64,000 nt of DNA from Podarcis gaigeae. Taxonomy: Eukaryota. This document shows positions 48,369-60,299 of this stretch, piece by piece. The stretch is from NCBI GenBank assembly GCA_964106915.2, contig OZ066923.1; one strand, 5' to 3'. Both the position numbers and the translations under genes were made by a program. Positions within the stretch are counted from its first letter, which is position 1, and the number at the start of each line of letters is the position of its first letter. The notes under the pieces were generated by a model, which saw only the letters and a program-made list of their open reading frames with translations, did no database searches and had not been told where the DNA came from.

Positions 48369-48867
48369 CGGGGCCTTGCCAGGGTTGTCATGGTAGCTGG
48401 TGAAGGGTGCCAACTGCCCTTTTTGCTGCAGAATCTTTTAACAAGAAATTCTTCAGGCTACCGGTGTCAATGCAAAGGCTTCTGCCAGTGGATATAACTG
48501 AGATAGTCCTTTTGCCTAGTGAAACAGCTGGTCCCAAAAATGCACAGACACCTGACTGCAGGCAGAACTGCTTAATGCCTGATCCCCTAAGGAGAGCAGA
48601 TCTGTATGCATCTGCACTTGGGGGATGGGATGTGGGGATTCTTGCTTGTTAGGCACCGGCCGCCAAGCGGCCTGAATACCTCTGCTGTGCACGTAAAAAG
48701 ATATTGTGTCGATTCTCTCTCCCTGGTGGCTTTCTAGGCACTGTGGCATGTCAGAGACACACCCGCCAGCTGGCTCCCCACCGTTCTGTTTCCTCCCTCT
48801 CAGGAAATGTTTGCCCTTGTGCAGTTTCCGGTAGCTGCAGGACATGCCCAGTGTAGAGACGCTATTG

Positions 48868-48868
<1 letters not shown>

Positions 48869-48913
<45 letters not shown>

Positions 48914-48979
48914 CTTTTTGGGTAGGTAGGTGAGTGTGTGACAACATCAGAAAATCAGGACAGATTTTTAAAACGTATA

Positions 48980-49016
<37 letters not shown>
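48869..49016. repeat. (TG)n ... (AC)n inverted microsatellite pair
   Basis: Read directly; spacer of about 70 bp. Confidence 0.9.
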
Positions 49017-49017
<1 letters not shown>

Positions 49018-49395
49018 AACACCAACAAGCATGACTCATTCTGGCACTGGGTCAGCAATCTGGTATCTCTCCTTTGCTCTACTGGACCAAAGAATTGTGG
49101 AACATTAGAAGAATCCTTCCACCCACCCACAAGGAAGGTTTTCTTAGGGAAGAATCCAAGTGTCTGTTCTGTGCCTGTCCATTTGGCACGACGGCTAGTG
49201 GAGGATGGGGTTGGGAGACCCAAGCAGGGCTAAAAGGAAGGGGTACTTTTGTGTGGCAGATGTTGCCTCTCTCCACCCACCAGAGAGCACAAAATGCAGA
49301 GGTGGATAGAGATCACAGGCTTATTTTTATTTTATCTTTCTGTTCTGCTCAATTACAGACTCTTTTCCCGGGGATCGGTGGGAGCGCAACGTAAA

Positions 49396-49431
49396 ATGTC
49401 ATCTGACAGCTTGTCGAGCAAAGCCCTAAAG
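49396..49431 (+). CDS. MAFF: MAFF first coding exon (exon starts at 49359)
   Basis: Polypyrimidine tract and ttacag acceptor at 49358; 36 coding nt; GTAAGA donor. Confidence 0.9.
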
Positions 49432-52222
49432 GTAAGAGTCACTCTGCACCGAAGAACAAGCTTCTCCCAGCCCTTGTTTTCATAGATCTCTAGATCAGGA
49501 CAAAGTCAGGCCTGGATGGGAGGGTGAGAGAGGGTGATCCATCCCATAACTGTGGGCCAGTGTGGGAGACTGGTCATTATGCAGGTGAGCAACTGTCCAT
49601 ATGTTTAAATGGAAAACCTGGCCCCATTTGGAACAATTCAGAAATATGCAAAAGCACCCGGCAAAAGCACCCGGCATTTCTGCTGTGTATTTTCTGTAGC
49701 TTTCCCCCACCTCCTCCTTTACTCTCCCCTGCCTTCCACTTTCCCTCTTTTCTCTGGGCCCTCCATTTCTTATTTCACAACTCTGCTTCCTCCCTCTATT
49801 ATTGCCCACTTTTTCCTGTCCTACTCCCTGAATGTTCGGAGCCAGTAAATATACGTGCAAAAGTTAGTGTGTGGAATTAGACTTTCTCCCCTCCCACCAG
49901 CAAACAGGCACAGGAGGATCCTGAGAATCTGGACTTCCTTAAGCTTTTTGAGAAACACGAGTTTCTAATCCTCATGGTGGGCAAAAATATGTTTAGGAAA
50001 GTGGCAGCAGACAGTGTCTGCAAAAGATTCCAGTCTGGGTGGAGCCAAAAGGGGAAGGATATTCTGTGCTCTTCCTCTGGTACTTTTCCTCTGAGGGTGT
50101 GATCGCACTACATTTTGTTTTGTTCAACACGATCTGCCTTTTACTACCAGTTTGTGCTGCATCTGCCTTTTACATGCAGTTTGTGCTGCATGTGCTCACC
50201 TTGCCTGTTCTATCGGAGTCCCTCCGTATTTTCTTTCTTGGTAACATCGGTCTGATGTGACACCTTGGCCCCATGTTCCTTAAACCGTGCCTGGGCCTTC
50301 GCCACCCCAGCCCCATATATAGAGTGAAAGGGCTTCCCCTTGCACACAACTTGACCCAAGTTGTACAAGAAGTTAGCTTAGGAACAGGAAGGAAAAGGAA
50401 TGTCTTAACTGGAAATTATAACACTTGTTTTCCCACTTGCTGGGACTATAATGGAAGGGGAAGCTGAGCAAGCCGGTTTCCTGAGAGATTTCTCGCGAAA
50501 CAGCCTGTAGGGGTGTGTGGTAGGTGAGCACACCCGTGATGTTTGAGGAAACGAAATAATAATAATAAAGCAGTGTTGAGCAATTGGTGTTATTTGTCAA
50601 GAGGCCTTGAGGTTGAGCAGGTATTGAAAATAGAGACACCTGATTCCTTATCTTGTCCAGGTGTCCCTTCCTAATGCTAGCCATCAGTGGCCTGAGCTTT
50701 ACTGCTTCTTGTTTTGGTACACCACTTCTCTATTCAAAACAACACTACTATAAATCTTTTTTTGGTTCACTGTAATTGCCTTGAGGTTTCGTGTGGTTTC
50801 AAGGGGTGCGGAACTGAAGCTTGTAGGTTAAGGCAGTCAGGGAGTGGGGGGCGCTCTACAAGGTGACGTTCCTGTTTTAATTGTCTCACACCTCAAAGTG
50901 TGCTGGATATCAGATTATAGAAAGTCTATGCTACACCTGTTGCACCAGTTACTGATTTGTTATGCTAATCATTTCAAAGTCACTGAGTTGAATCCAGACT
51001 AAGTTAGTCACACTTTCAATCTCATTGACTAGTCCCGCTGAAAGCAATAGGATAAATTAGTCACGAGTCACTTGTAAGTCCTATGGACTTTGATGGAACT
51101 AAAGCATAGATGTGCAGGGTCAGATCCAGACCAAGTTCAGTACTTTTAATTTATTATAAAAACACACCCATATTTTAGAGATAATTTGTGAGCGCTCTTG
51201 AATATCTGTTGGAAGTACAGTGATACCTCGGGTTACAGACGCATCAGGTTACAGATGCTTCAGGTTACAGACACTGCTAACCCAGAAATAGTACCTTGGG
51301 TTAAGAACTTTGCTTCAGGATGAGAATAGAAATTGTGTGGCAGCAGCGGGAGGCTCCATTAGCTAAAGTGGTACCTCAGGTTAAGAACAGTTTCAGATAA
51401 GAACGGACCTCCAGTATGAATTAAGTTCTTAACCTGAGGTACCACTGTATGTGTAATTACCACAGAGCTGTGGAACCTGTGGTCCTGTCGAGGTCTGGTA
51501 GTTAAAAACAACACCTCCCATCATCCCTGACCATTGGCCATTCTGCCTGGTGCTGATGGGAGCTGTAGTCCAACAACATCTGGAGGGCCACAGGTTTGAC
51601 ATCCCCAAATAAACATAATGTATGCATTTTATAATGTGCATCATGACTGTCAGAGCACTTGGGTTTCCTTGGTGCAGAACGTTACCAGACCTGCTCAACT
51701 TCCTCCTTGGCTTCTTGCCTTTCTGAGCCGCTCTCCCTCACCTCACGTCCCCTTTTCCTGAGATTCTCTGATGCTCGATACTCACGTGTTGCTTCTGCTC
51801 ACCAACAGATCAAACGGGAAATGGGCGAGAACACGCCACACCTTTCCGACGAAGAACTAATGGGTTTGTCGGTGCGAGAACTGAACCACCACCTGCGGGG
51901 CTTGTCCAAGGAGGAGGTAGCGCGGCTGAAGCAGCGCCGGCGCACGCTGAAGAACCGTGGCTACGCGGCCAGCTGCCGGGTCAAGCGGGTGTGTCAGAAG
52001 GAGGAGCTGCAGAAGCAGAAGACGGAGCTGGAGCGGGAGGTGGATAAGCTAGCGAGGGAGAACGCCGCCATGCGCCTTGAGCTCGACGCCTTGCGCGGCA
52101 AATACGAGGCGCTGCAGGGCTTCGCCCGCACGGTCACCGCACACGGCACTACTGGCAAGGTGGCCACTGCCAGCGTCATCACCATCGTCAAATCTGGCTC
52201 CAACCAGGCCACATACTCCTAG
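49396..52222 (+). CDS. MAFF: Small Maf bZIP transcription factor MafF, 149 aa, 2 coding exons
   Basis: 49396-49431 [12 protein letters not shown]|GTAAGA joined to 51809-52222 [61 protein letters not shown]...[15 protein letters not shown]; Maf extended homology region, basic region and leucine zipper; adjacent to PLA2G6. Confidence 0.96.
51218..51447 (+). mobile_element. Tc1/mariner MITE, family A
   Basis: Same TIRs; TA flanks. Confidence 0.85.
51809..52222 (+). CDS. MAFF: MAFF last coding exon (bZIP)
   Basis: accaacag acceptor at 51808; NRGYAASCR Maf basic region; TAG at 52220-52222. Confidence 0.96.
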   Translation: MKREMGENTPHLSDEELMGLSVRELNHHLRGLSKEEVARLKQRRRTLKNRGYAASCRVKRVCQKEELQKQKTELEREVDKLARENAAMRLELDALRGKYEALQGFARTVTAHGTTGKVATASVITIVKSGSNQATYS

Positions 52223-55200
52223 TGTCCGTAAGCCCGTGTCGCGAACTGAGTCCTGTTGCCATGCCTCTGCCCAGCTCTCACCTAGAATGGCTGTAGCTGC
52301 ACTGGCCCCTCCCCCTTCTTCCACTTTTCTTCTGCCATCCAAAGGAGACAGAATCAACTTGAAGACGAAACGGCTGAATGTTGAACTTCCTCCTCTGTCC
52401 CTTAACCTTCATGAGGAGAGGGTGGGAAGGTGGTGCCCGACTTGCGTAATTAACTGTTGATGTTTATCCGTGGATTGAAATGCAGTGGCCAGTTATCCCC
52501 TTTTTCCTCTCTCCCCCTCCCCCGTTTTATGTTTGCCAGGTTTCTCTCCTCTTGCCTTTCTGCGTACCCTTGCCCCCAGCTGATGCAATGGGGTGGGCCT
52601 AGAGAGGGCTTCCCTGCTACAAGCTGGGAACACAGGCTCGGAGAACCTTTCGGCCGCAAGAGTTACAAAAGGGAAATAACCTTCCTGTGAGAGGGCAAAC
52701 TAGGTAGAAGCCGCCATGTTGTCGGTGAGAGCTGCCGCTGCAGGAACCATCCAGGATGAAACAAGGTTCTGGAACCCTTGTCAACTCACCTTTCTCATCC
52801 TGGCTCTGTGTTTGTCTGTGTTGTCACTCTGCCTTTCCTCTTCATTGTATCTCACAGCCATGCACCCTTTGGCTCAGATCTCTTCAATTTGTGGGTGTGG
52901 TTTGAAGCGGCTGTAGCAAGAGCAGCCGTAATTAGACCTGGGCCTTTGCTAAGTGGGCAGGCTCAATGACAATAAAGAGGGAACTAATTGCAGCAAGGGA
53001 CAAGGAAGGAAATTATTGCTGTACGGTCGTACGAACGATCTGAGGAAGGGGTCACTGAGGTACATGCCGAGAAGACTAGGTCAGTTGCTGGTATCCCACT
53101 CTAGCATAGCATGCTAGAATACAGCGCACCGCAGTGATTTGAAAAGGCATCCACTGTCTCCAGCTGTGCAGGTGTGCGTGACGCTAGTTCATGGGACACT
53201 ACGTTGTAACGGTGCTCTTGGGCTGAGATTGCAAGATCTCTGACGTAGAGTGGAAGCAACGTCCTAAGGAGAGGGAGAGCAAGCTAGGAGAAAGTGAGGA
53301 GGGGAGTGATGGGGCGAGGCAGGAGAATGAAGGGTAAAGCACGTGAAATAGTTGAGATGGGGAAGGGGAAACAGGATTATAACTGAAATCCTGGGAAAGC
53401 CATTTGGTTCTAGTGTGAATAGTTTGCAGAGGCATCACTGTAGTGGCCTGTTACCCAATTTTGCAGTATTCCTGCTGAGTGACGGGTATGATAATTTGGG
53501 GACAAAGAGGAGGCAGTCAGAAAGAAACCCCAGCATGATCTGCAAAGTGTGTCTAAATCAACCTGTTTGAAAATAAATGGCAGATGAGGTAATTGCGAGG
53601 AGAGAAACTTCCATATTTACTCTCCATCTTCCCTGTGTTGTGGAAAAAAACTAGGCCCAGAGCATCAGGAAATAATTAAACATCATCATTACAAAAATTG
53701 AAAAGCATCTACTTTCAGGAGAATTTAAGTATGCAGAGGACTGGCCCAGCCCCCAAGTCAGGAGGATTCTGCAGCAGGGATGGGGAACCTGTGGCCCTTC
53801 ATCTCTTGTTGGGTTGCAACTCCCATTATCCTTGCCCTTTGCTCATGTTGGCTGAAGTTGGTGGGAGAAGCAGCCGAACAACAGCCAGAGAGGCGTCAGT
53901 TCCACTTCCCTAACCTAGGCTAAAAGAAAACCTTATGAACCCCTTTGTGCTCTCTGTAAACAAGTGAGGGGGATATCCATTCACTCTGGTGGAGGAAGGA
54001 GAATAAACTGCACGTGGGAACACTCATCAAACAGGGATGAGTGTTCTCTGGCCTGCACCCCCCTTCTCTTTGCTCCATTCAGTTGTATGGAAGAGGGGAG
54101 GGGGTACTGCAACTGGTGTAGGGAGGGGAGGGCGCAGAAGAAACACAATTTCCTCAGCCCTGTGCAAGCCAGCAAATGTATATTGAAAGATTAATTTGCA
54201 CACAGGGCAGTTTAAAATAGCTTAAAGCAATCCTGGCTACACAAACTAAAACTGAGAGCTCCTCACCAAAAGCAATTTCTGCCCTAATGAAACTACCCAG
54301 ATAAAAGTTGGTTGGAGAAACTGAGGTGAAGGAAAAGCTGAGCTTTACTCAGAGGAATTCAGAACTCTCAATATTTATCCCAGCATCCTTTTAAGGGTGC
54401 AATCCTGGGGGTTGCTGGGAGTTTGATTCCAAGGTTTATTTGGAGGGCATGACATTGGTTAGCCTGATACTAGATGCCCAATTCACCCGGGAGAATAAGC
54501 CCCACCAAACTCAGTAGGACTTCCTTCTGAATAGACACACATAAGGTGGCACTGTAAATAACACTGATTAGCGAAAGTTATGCATTGCTGACCAGTCAGC
54601 ATTTGAGTGAGTTTTTCCTCCTCTGAAGTTTAAATTCCCTCTAGATTACTGCTCTTCCACTGGGAATGAGCAGTGGTGCCATAAGAAGCCCAGCAGAGGC
54701 TCAGTTTAAATGTGATGCTAAGTGGGTTTAAAAATATATGTGCTGAGCCAGGCTTCAATAAAGCTGCTGTTCCCTTTAAACCAGGTTTGGGGTGGAATTC
54801 ATGGGACAGATATGGCAGAAAGAGGTGCTAATGGTGCATGCAGGAACCAGCACCCGATTAAAGCATAATGCTCACCTCTAATCCACTGGGGGAAATCGGT
54901 TTTGGCCCAAACTGGGAGCATAAGAAGGGGGGAAAGGAAACATGCACCACCTACAATCTCACCAGCCCTGGAATGCTAGGTTCACCACCTCGTTGATAAT
55001 GTTAAGATGTTGGCAAGGAAACAAGTCAGGGTTGGCTTGAGTGCAGGTAGCCATGAAAGGACATGGAGGGTTAGATTAGATGAGTCTTGAAGGTACCTTC
55101 CATCCTTAAATATATATGCTAATATAGGAACCAGTGAGTATTTGTGGGCAGTCACTTCCAGGCATGTACCACAGTGACTTATTTATATGGCAAACAATTG

Positions 55201-55645
55201 ACCCTTTGATTTCTTTAGACATATGGTTGGGTTCACCCATCCTGCAGCTTACAGTGACATCACATCCCCCTCCATGATGGAATCAGCCTCCAAACCAGTG
55301 TTGTCTGTCTATCCGTCCGTCCATCCTCCCCCTCCACCCTGTGATGATGCTTATGGGGGTTCCCTATTTAGCATTTCCCCTACCCCTGTTTCCCATTGTT
55401 CCTACCTGTGATTTATTTATTGCACGAATATAAGTTATTTTTCACGTCCTTTATGCCATTCCGCCTTGTGGCACGGCCAGGATGTTGGTACAGAGCCGTA
55501 CTTTATATTTTATATATGCAAATCACATTTTATCTTCTATAGAGCAAGAAAAGTACTTATTTATTTTCTGACTTACAGTAAGTGTCCTGCCAGACTCCTC
55601 TGTATTTTGTAGACTTTACAAATAAAGCCAGATTTTTTTTTTCAA
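52223..55645 (+). other. MAFF: MAFF 3' UTR (probable extent) with AU-rich elements
   Basis: TTATTTATT nonamers at 55413 and 55557; TGTAAATA (Pumilio-type) at 54553; terminal AATAAA at 55621 followed by a T run; further AATAAA at 52971 and about 54757. Confidence 0.6.
55621..55626 (+). terminator. MAFF: Probable MAFF polyadenylation signal
   Basis: AATAAA ending an AU-rich UTR block, with U/GU-rich sequence downstream. Confidence 0.6.
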
Positions 55646-57918
55646 AACGGAGAAGCTAAAAACAAGAGGTTTGTGTTTTTCTCAAAACTCACAGCAGGGA
55701 GAGGTGCCAGGCTGAAGCTATAGGAGGCAGTTTCCAGGATCTTCTGCACCACTGAAAAATATGAACTCCAATCTTTCAGTGACAGTAACACACACCCTTG
55801 AAAGACAATAACGTGGATGCATTTCACACCAGTTTAGAGGGAAATTGTATACATGAGAACACACAGCTGACCTCACAGAGCTAAAAAGAATTAAAAGTGA
55901 GGTCAGTGATAGGGAACCTATAATCGCTAGACTCCATCACTCATCAACCCCAGCCAGCATAGAAGGAATGATCCAAGTCCAACAGCTGGAAGACCTCAGG
56001 TTTCCCCATCTTCCAGCTAACTGATGTTCTGAACATTCCTGCACTAGAGAGGTAGAGTAGAAGGAAAGTGCTCCCCCTCTATACCATGATGGGGATTGGG
56101 TACAAGGAGCACAAAATGAAGTGGGGATGGGAGCTGGGACTGGGGCCACTCATTGCTACTCACATCACAGGCAAATAACCCATTTGGTGTCAGTGGCACC
56201 CTTACAACCACTTCATGTCAACGGTAACAACAGATATGTTGCCTGGAGTTCCCATGTGGAAGAGGCATGGGAAGCACGAGTCACTGCAATAGATTTACAA
56301 CTGTAAATGGAGGTGGGGGAGATCAGGCTAGCAATGTTTCAACAAAACCAAGACACATTGGCCTGCTGAAAAGTATGGATTGAAGGCTACTTTAGCCAGA
56401 ATTTGGCAATGTCAAGGATGCAAAGGAACTGCAAATGTAAGCGTAAGTTGTTAGACAACTTTGGGTCTGGCTGAACTGTGCTGAAGACCCTTCAATTGCA
56501 ATGGGAATTATTTACGCTCATGCTTAACTCTTCTACAGTGGAGTACTAAACAACTGGCTTAACACTCCCTTGGTACTCCAACTTTTATAGATTATATGTT
56601 GCTGCAAGAAGCATACACATCACGATGAATTTAAAACACACTCAGGTTTCAATTGGTCTGCTCGGAGTATGACTTAGTGTGATATCACCCTAAGCTTGAT
56701 TCACAGTTTCTTATGTGTCTTATAACTGCATATTCTTTATTAGCCCCCCATTGTTCAATTATGTTGCAAAAATTGGGGGAGTGGGGTGGCTCAGAGGAAG
56801 GGTATATGCTCTGCATGTTCCATCTCAGGCAGGGCTGGAAAAACTTGCATCCAAAGCCGTGGAGAGCCACTAGCAATCACAGTGTTACAGATAAGAGTGA
56901 GCTAGATGGACAAATGGTCTGACTCTGTATAAAGCACTTCTTAAATCGATTTGTGCAGTGAAGCAATTATACAACCACTTCATCAGGCGGCACAACATAC
57001 ACCAAGCCAACTTTGGGAAGCCTTGCAGTCACCTGATAAAAACAAGAGCTCTGAGCTGAATTGGTGGGGAAGAAGGCACATGACCCCTTTAGCACATACT
57101 TTAAATTATTGCATATTCCACATCTGTATGGATCAGGCTATACTATTTACAAAAATATCACAAGCCACTTCAGCTAGAGCATTTCCACTTAATCAGCTCC
57201 TCTCTGCTGTAGGTATGTTTTCTGAATGTGAAGACTTTGGAATCCTTTCCTGATGTACAAATCTAGTTTCACTGACACAGAGCGCAGGTTGTTTTAACAG
57301 AGAGTAGACTACTTGTATACACCAACCTAAGTTCTTTAACCCTGGAGGGAGGGAAATACAATAGCAGCTTCTCCCATACAAGCAATGCTAATGGCAACTG
57401 CCATTTCCACGCACATGAGGAATCCTACAATCACAACAGGGACTTTTGCCTGTAAAAGGCCATAGAAAAACTCTCTTAAAATGAGAGTAAAAAGCCAAGC
57501 ACGGCAGCTGAAGCAAGCATGTGAAAGAATCCCTGGAATGCTACCTGGAGGTCAGAGAGTTTGGCAAGTAGCCTCACCCATTCCACATTCCAGAGCATTG
57601 CCATCACTGTAACGCCAGGATTTTCTTCACACTAGAAAACAAGCAGCCATGTCAGTTACTAGGAGACTAGAGGAAAGGGGAAATTAGGTAGCAGTTCGGG
57701 ATCACTAGGTCTGAAGGCAGTGCTCCATGAAAACTGATACCATAATACATTTGTTGGCCCCAAGTCACTTTGTTGTTTATCCACTAAGACTAACACAGAC
57801 TACCTGACCCCCACCCCACTGAAAAAAGGGTTTCCAAGTTAACTGAGCTTGTCCCATTTAGTTGCAACATGCCTACACTGGGGACAGGCTGCTGCCTTGA
57901 ATCGGGAGAATCTTCTAT

Positions 57919-58057
57919 CAGGGATGGGGAAACTTGTGGCTCTCCAGATGTTGTTGGGCTCCAATTCCCATCACTCCTACCAGCATGCCCAATAGCCAGG
58001 GATGATGGAAACTGAAGTACAGCAACACCTGGAGAGCCACAGGTTCACCAGCCCTTG
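57919..58057. mobile_element. Palindromic hAT MITE (family B), representative copy
   Basis: cagggatggggaaacttgtggctctccagatgttg...caacacctggagagccacaggttc. Similar copies at about 4060, 7555, 8169, 9783, 15690, 23495, 30260, 31995, 34110, 35883, 37525, 51463, 53775, 55905, 58828, 59430 and 61030. Confidence 0.75.
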
Positions 58058-60299
58058 CCTAGAAAAATCTACTGTTTTGTTTTCTCTCTAAAAGCATTAG
58101 GTTTTAGCTGCATTGTTGCCACTTCAACTCTGGTCTGACAAGATGGTTATCTTTTGCTCATGTGGTTAGGGCAAATTGCCTGGGAATATACCAAAGAAAC
58201 AAAAACACAAACATACAAATCATGAGATCAAAGCCTAACTCTGCCCAAGTTTCTGCAGAGTAAGCTAGATCTTGATATTTCAAACACGTGAGCTAAACCA
58301 CACAACAAAGGCAAAAGAAACATCTTCAAAAATGCAGTGCCAGAATCTAAGCAATGTTATATCTAAATGTCATGCTGTTTGCTGCCGATTTTGGGAAAAT
58401 CCAGAATGAACAATCTACACACAAGGTTTAAATGTAATCCTCCTCTGACATCCAGCAGTCGAGCACAAGTTAACTGCTGACACCAGGCTTTCAGGGAAGT
58501 GAAAGTGTAGTCTCACCATGAGCTGGCAGTCTCCAGAAATAGCTGTCAACCATCTAGGACATGGGGAAGTTTATACAAAATCACTCCATTGATGTTATTG
58601 CACAGCAGGGAGGGGTACTGACTCTACCACTCTGAGGTTATGAGACATAGGAACCGGGTCTGTGCCAAGGGAGGGCAGTCAAGGAGACAAGGGTCCAAGT
58701 TGAGGGGTGAGCCATGGAGGCAGCAGGTGGCCCTATCTTCCTGGCAGCCAAGCTTGAAACGGAGGAGCCCAAGGCTACAGACACTGCATCCTAAAAGGCT
58801 ACCTGAGCCAGGAGCAGAGACCGGTAACAAGGGCAGCTATGTTGTGGCCTCCAAGATGTTGTTGGACTCCAGTTTTCATCCATCTTAAGCCAACATGGCC
58901 AATGATCGGGGGGCGGGGTGGGTGGCAGGAGTTGAGAGTCCTCTGACATACGGAAGGGCCACCAGTTTACCACTCTGGACTATAGCAGGTCAGTATAAAG
59001 ACTTTGTATAAGCAAAAGGCTTGCTGAGCATGTGAAAGTAAAGATTGAACAGGAAACAGCTGCAGCTTGGAGTACTGCCTTTAAGAGTCAGGGGAGGGTA
59101 AAGAAGGCTGGCTCTCCTGAGGTTCCCTCCAACTCAAAGGAAGCACTCATGGCAGACTAGATGAGACGTCATAATATGCAACTAGAAATCACATGAAGGG
59201 CTCTTTGAAGTAAATTTCAGCTACATCCAGACAGGGATCCCGACATGATCAGCAAGGCGCCCCACCTGCAGAGCCAACAGCCTCCTCCTTTCCTTCCTCT
59301 TGCCCCTAACTAATTGGTACAATCAGGAAGGAGTCCAAGAGTGTGCTGAAGCTCAACAACTCTCCCTTACACATGTACTTATCCACTCTTTTCATGCAGG
59401 CCATGGCTGGCATACACAAGTATTTACAGCAGGCTTCCCCAACATGGTGGCCTCCAGAGGTTTTGTACTACAACTCCCATTAGCCCCAGTCTACATGGCC
59501 AATGATCACGGATGATGCAAGTTGTAGTCCAACAACGTGCAGAGGACACCAGGTTGGAAAAGGCTGATCTACATCATTTTCTGGAAAAAAATATCCCACT
59601 ACTTCCAGCAAGAAAACTACTTCAGACATTAGACATATTAAAGTACACAATGGGCAGTAGTTCAATCCTACAAAATGGATACATGCCAAGTTACAATTCT
59701 ACTCTCCAAGACAATTGTGCTAAACCAGTATCTCTCTCGCTAATGCTCATTTGAGCCAGTGTTATTTGCCACTGATATTACATAGCCACAGCAACGTCCT
59801 AAGCAATTATTTCCACCACTAGAAATAATGATAAGATCAGCCTCTGTCTCAGGCCCAAGAGAAATGTGGGAGTGTGTGGAATGGAGAAATACAATTTCCT
59901 AGAATAGGAAAGGAGATAAAGATTGTTACCTATGCTCCTTGTGACTTGGATGTTGAAAGATGACACCCACAAGAGAATAGACAAAGGGTGAGAAGAGTGT
60001 TATGCCAGAGAGAGAGATGTCAATTTGAGTTTGCACTTAAAAGTTTCCATGTGCTGGTTCCATGGTAGTAATTTAGGCTTCAATGCTCCACACTATGTGG
60101 GCATTTTCATACTTACCTGTAACAAATGAGAACATTGTAGCGGGAATCACTGTGTGAGATGGAAATTGAATTCATGGCTATAGGCACCTACCCATTCTAT
60201 GGTTCCCCCGTTTTTACTCTCTATGCTCCATGGAATTCTTACTCCACCATCAAAATATATAACTGGAACATGTGCAAAATACAGAATTATACATTAACT

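Noticed and set aside
30830-49395. Non-AUG N-terminal extension of MafF through exon 1
   Set aside because: In-frame TAA at 30832 after splicing, and no near-cognate start I could support.
51659-51808. N-terminal extension of the MAFF ORF (187 aa in the track)
   Set aside because: It starts at TTG inside the intron. The real N-terminus comes from exon 49396-49431 through the acceptor at 51808.
55418-55425. miR-92 site in the MAFF 3' UTR
   Set aside because: TATTGCAC has the miRNA's own polarity on the mRNA strand, so it is not a target site.
60109-60119. U1 snRNA gene or pseudogene
   Set aside because: Only the first 11 nt match; the following sequence is not U1.
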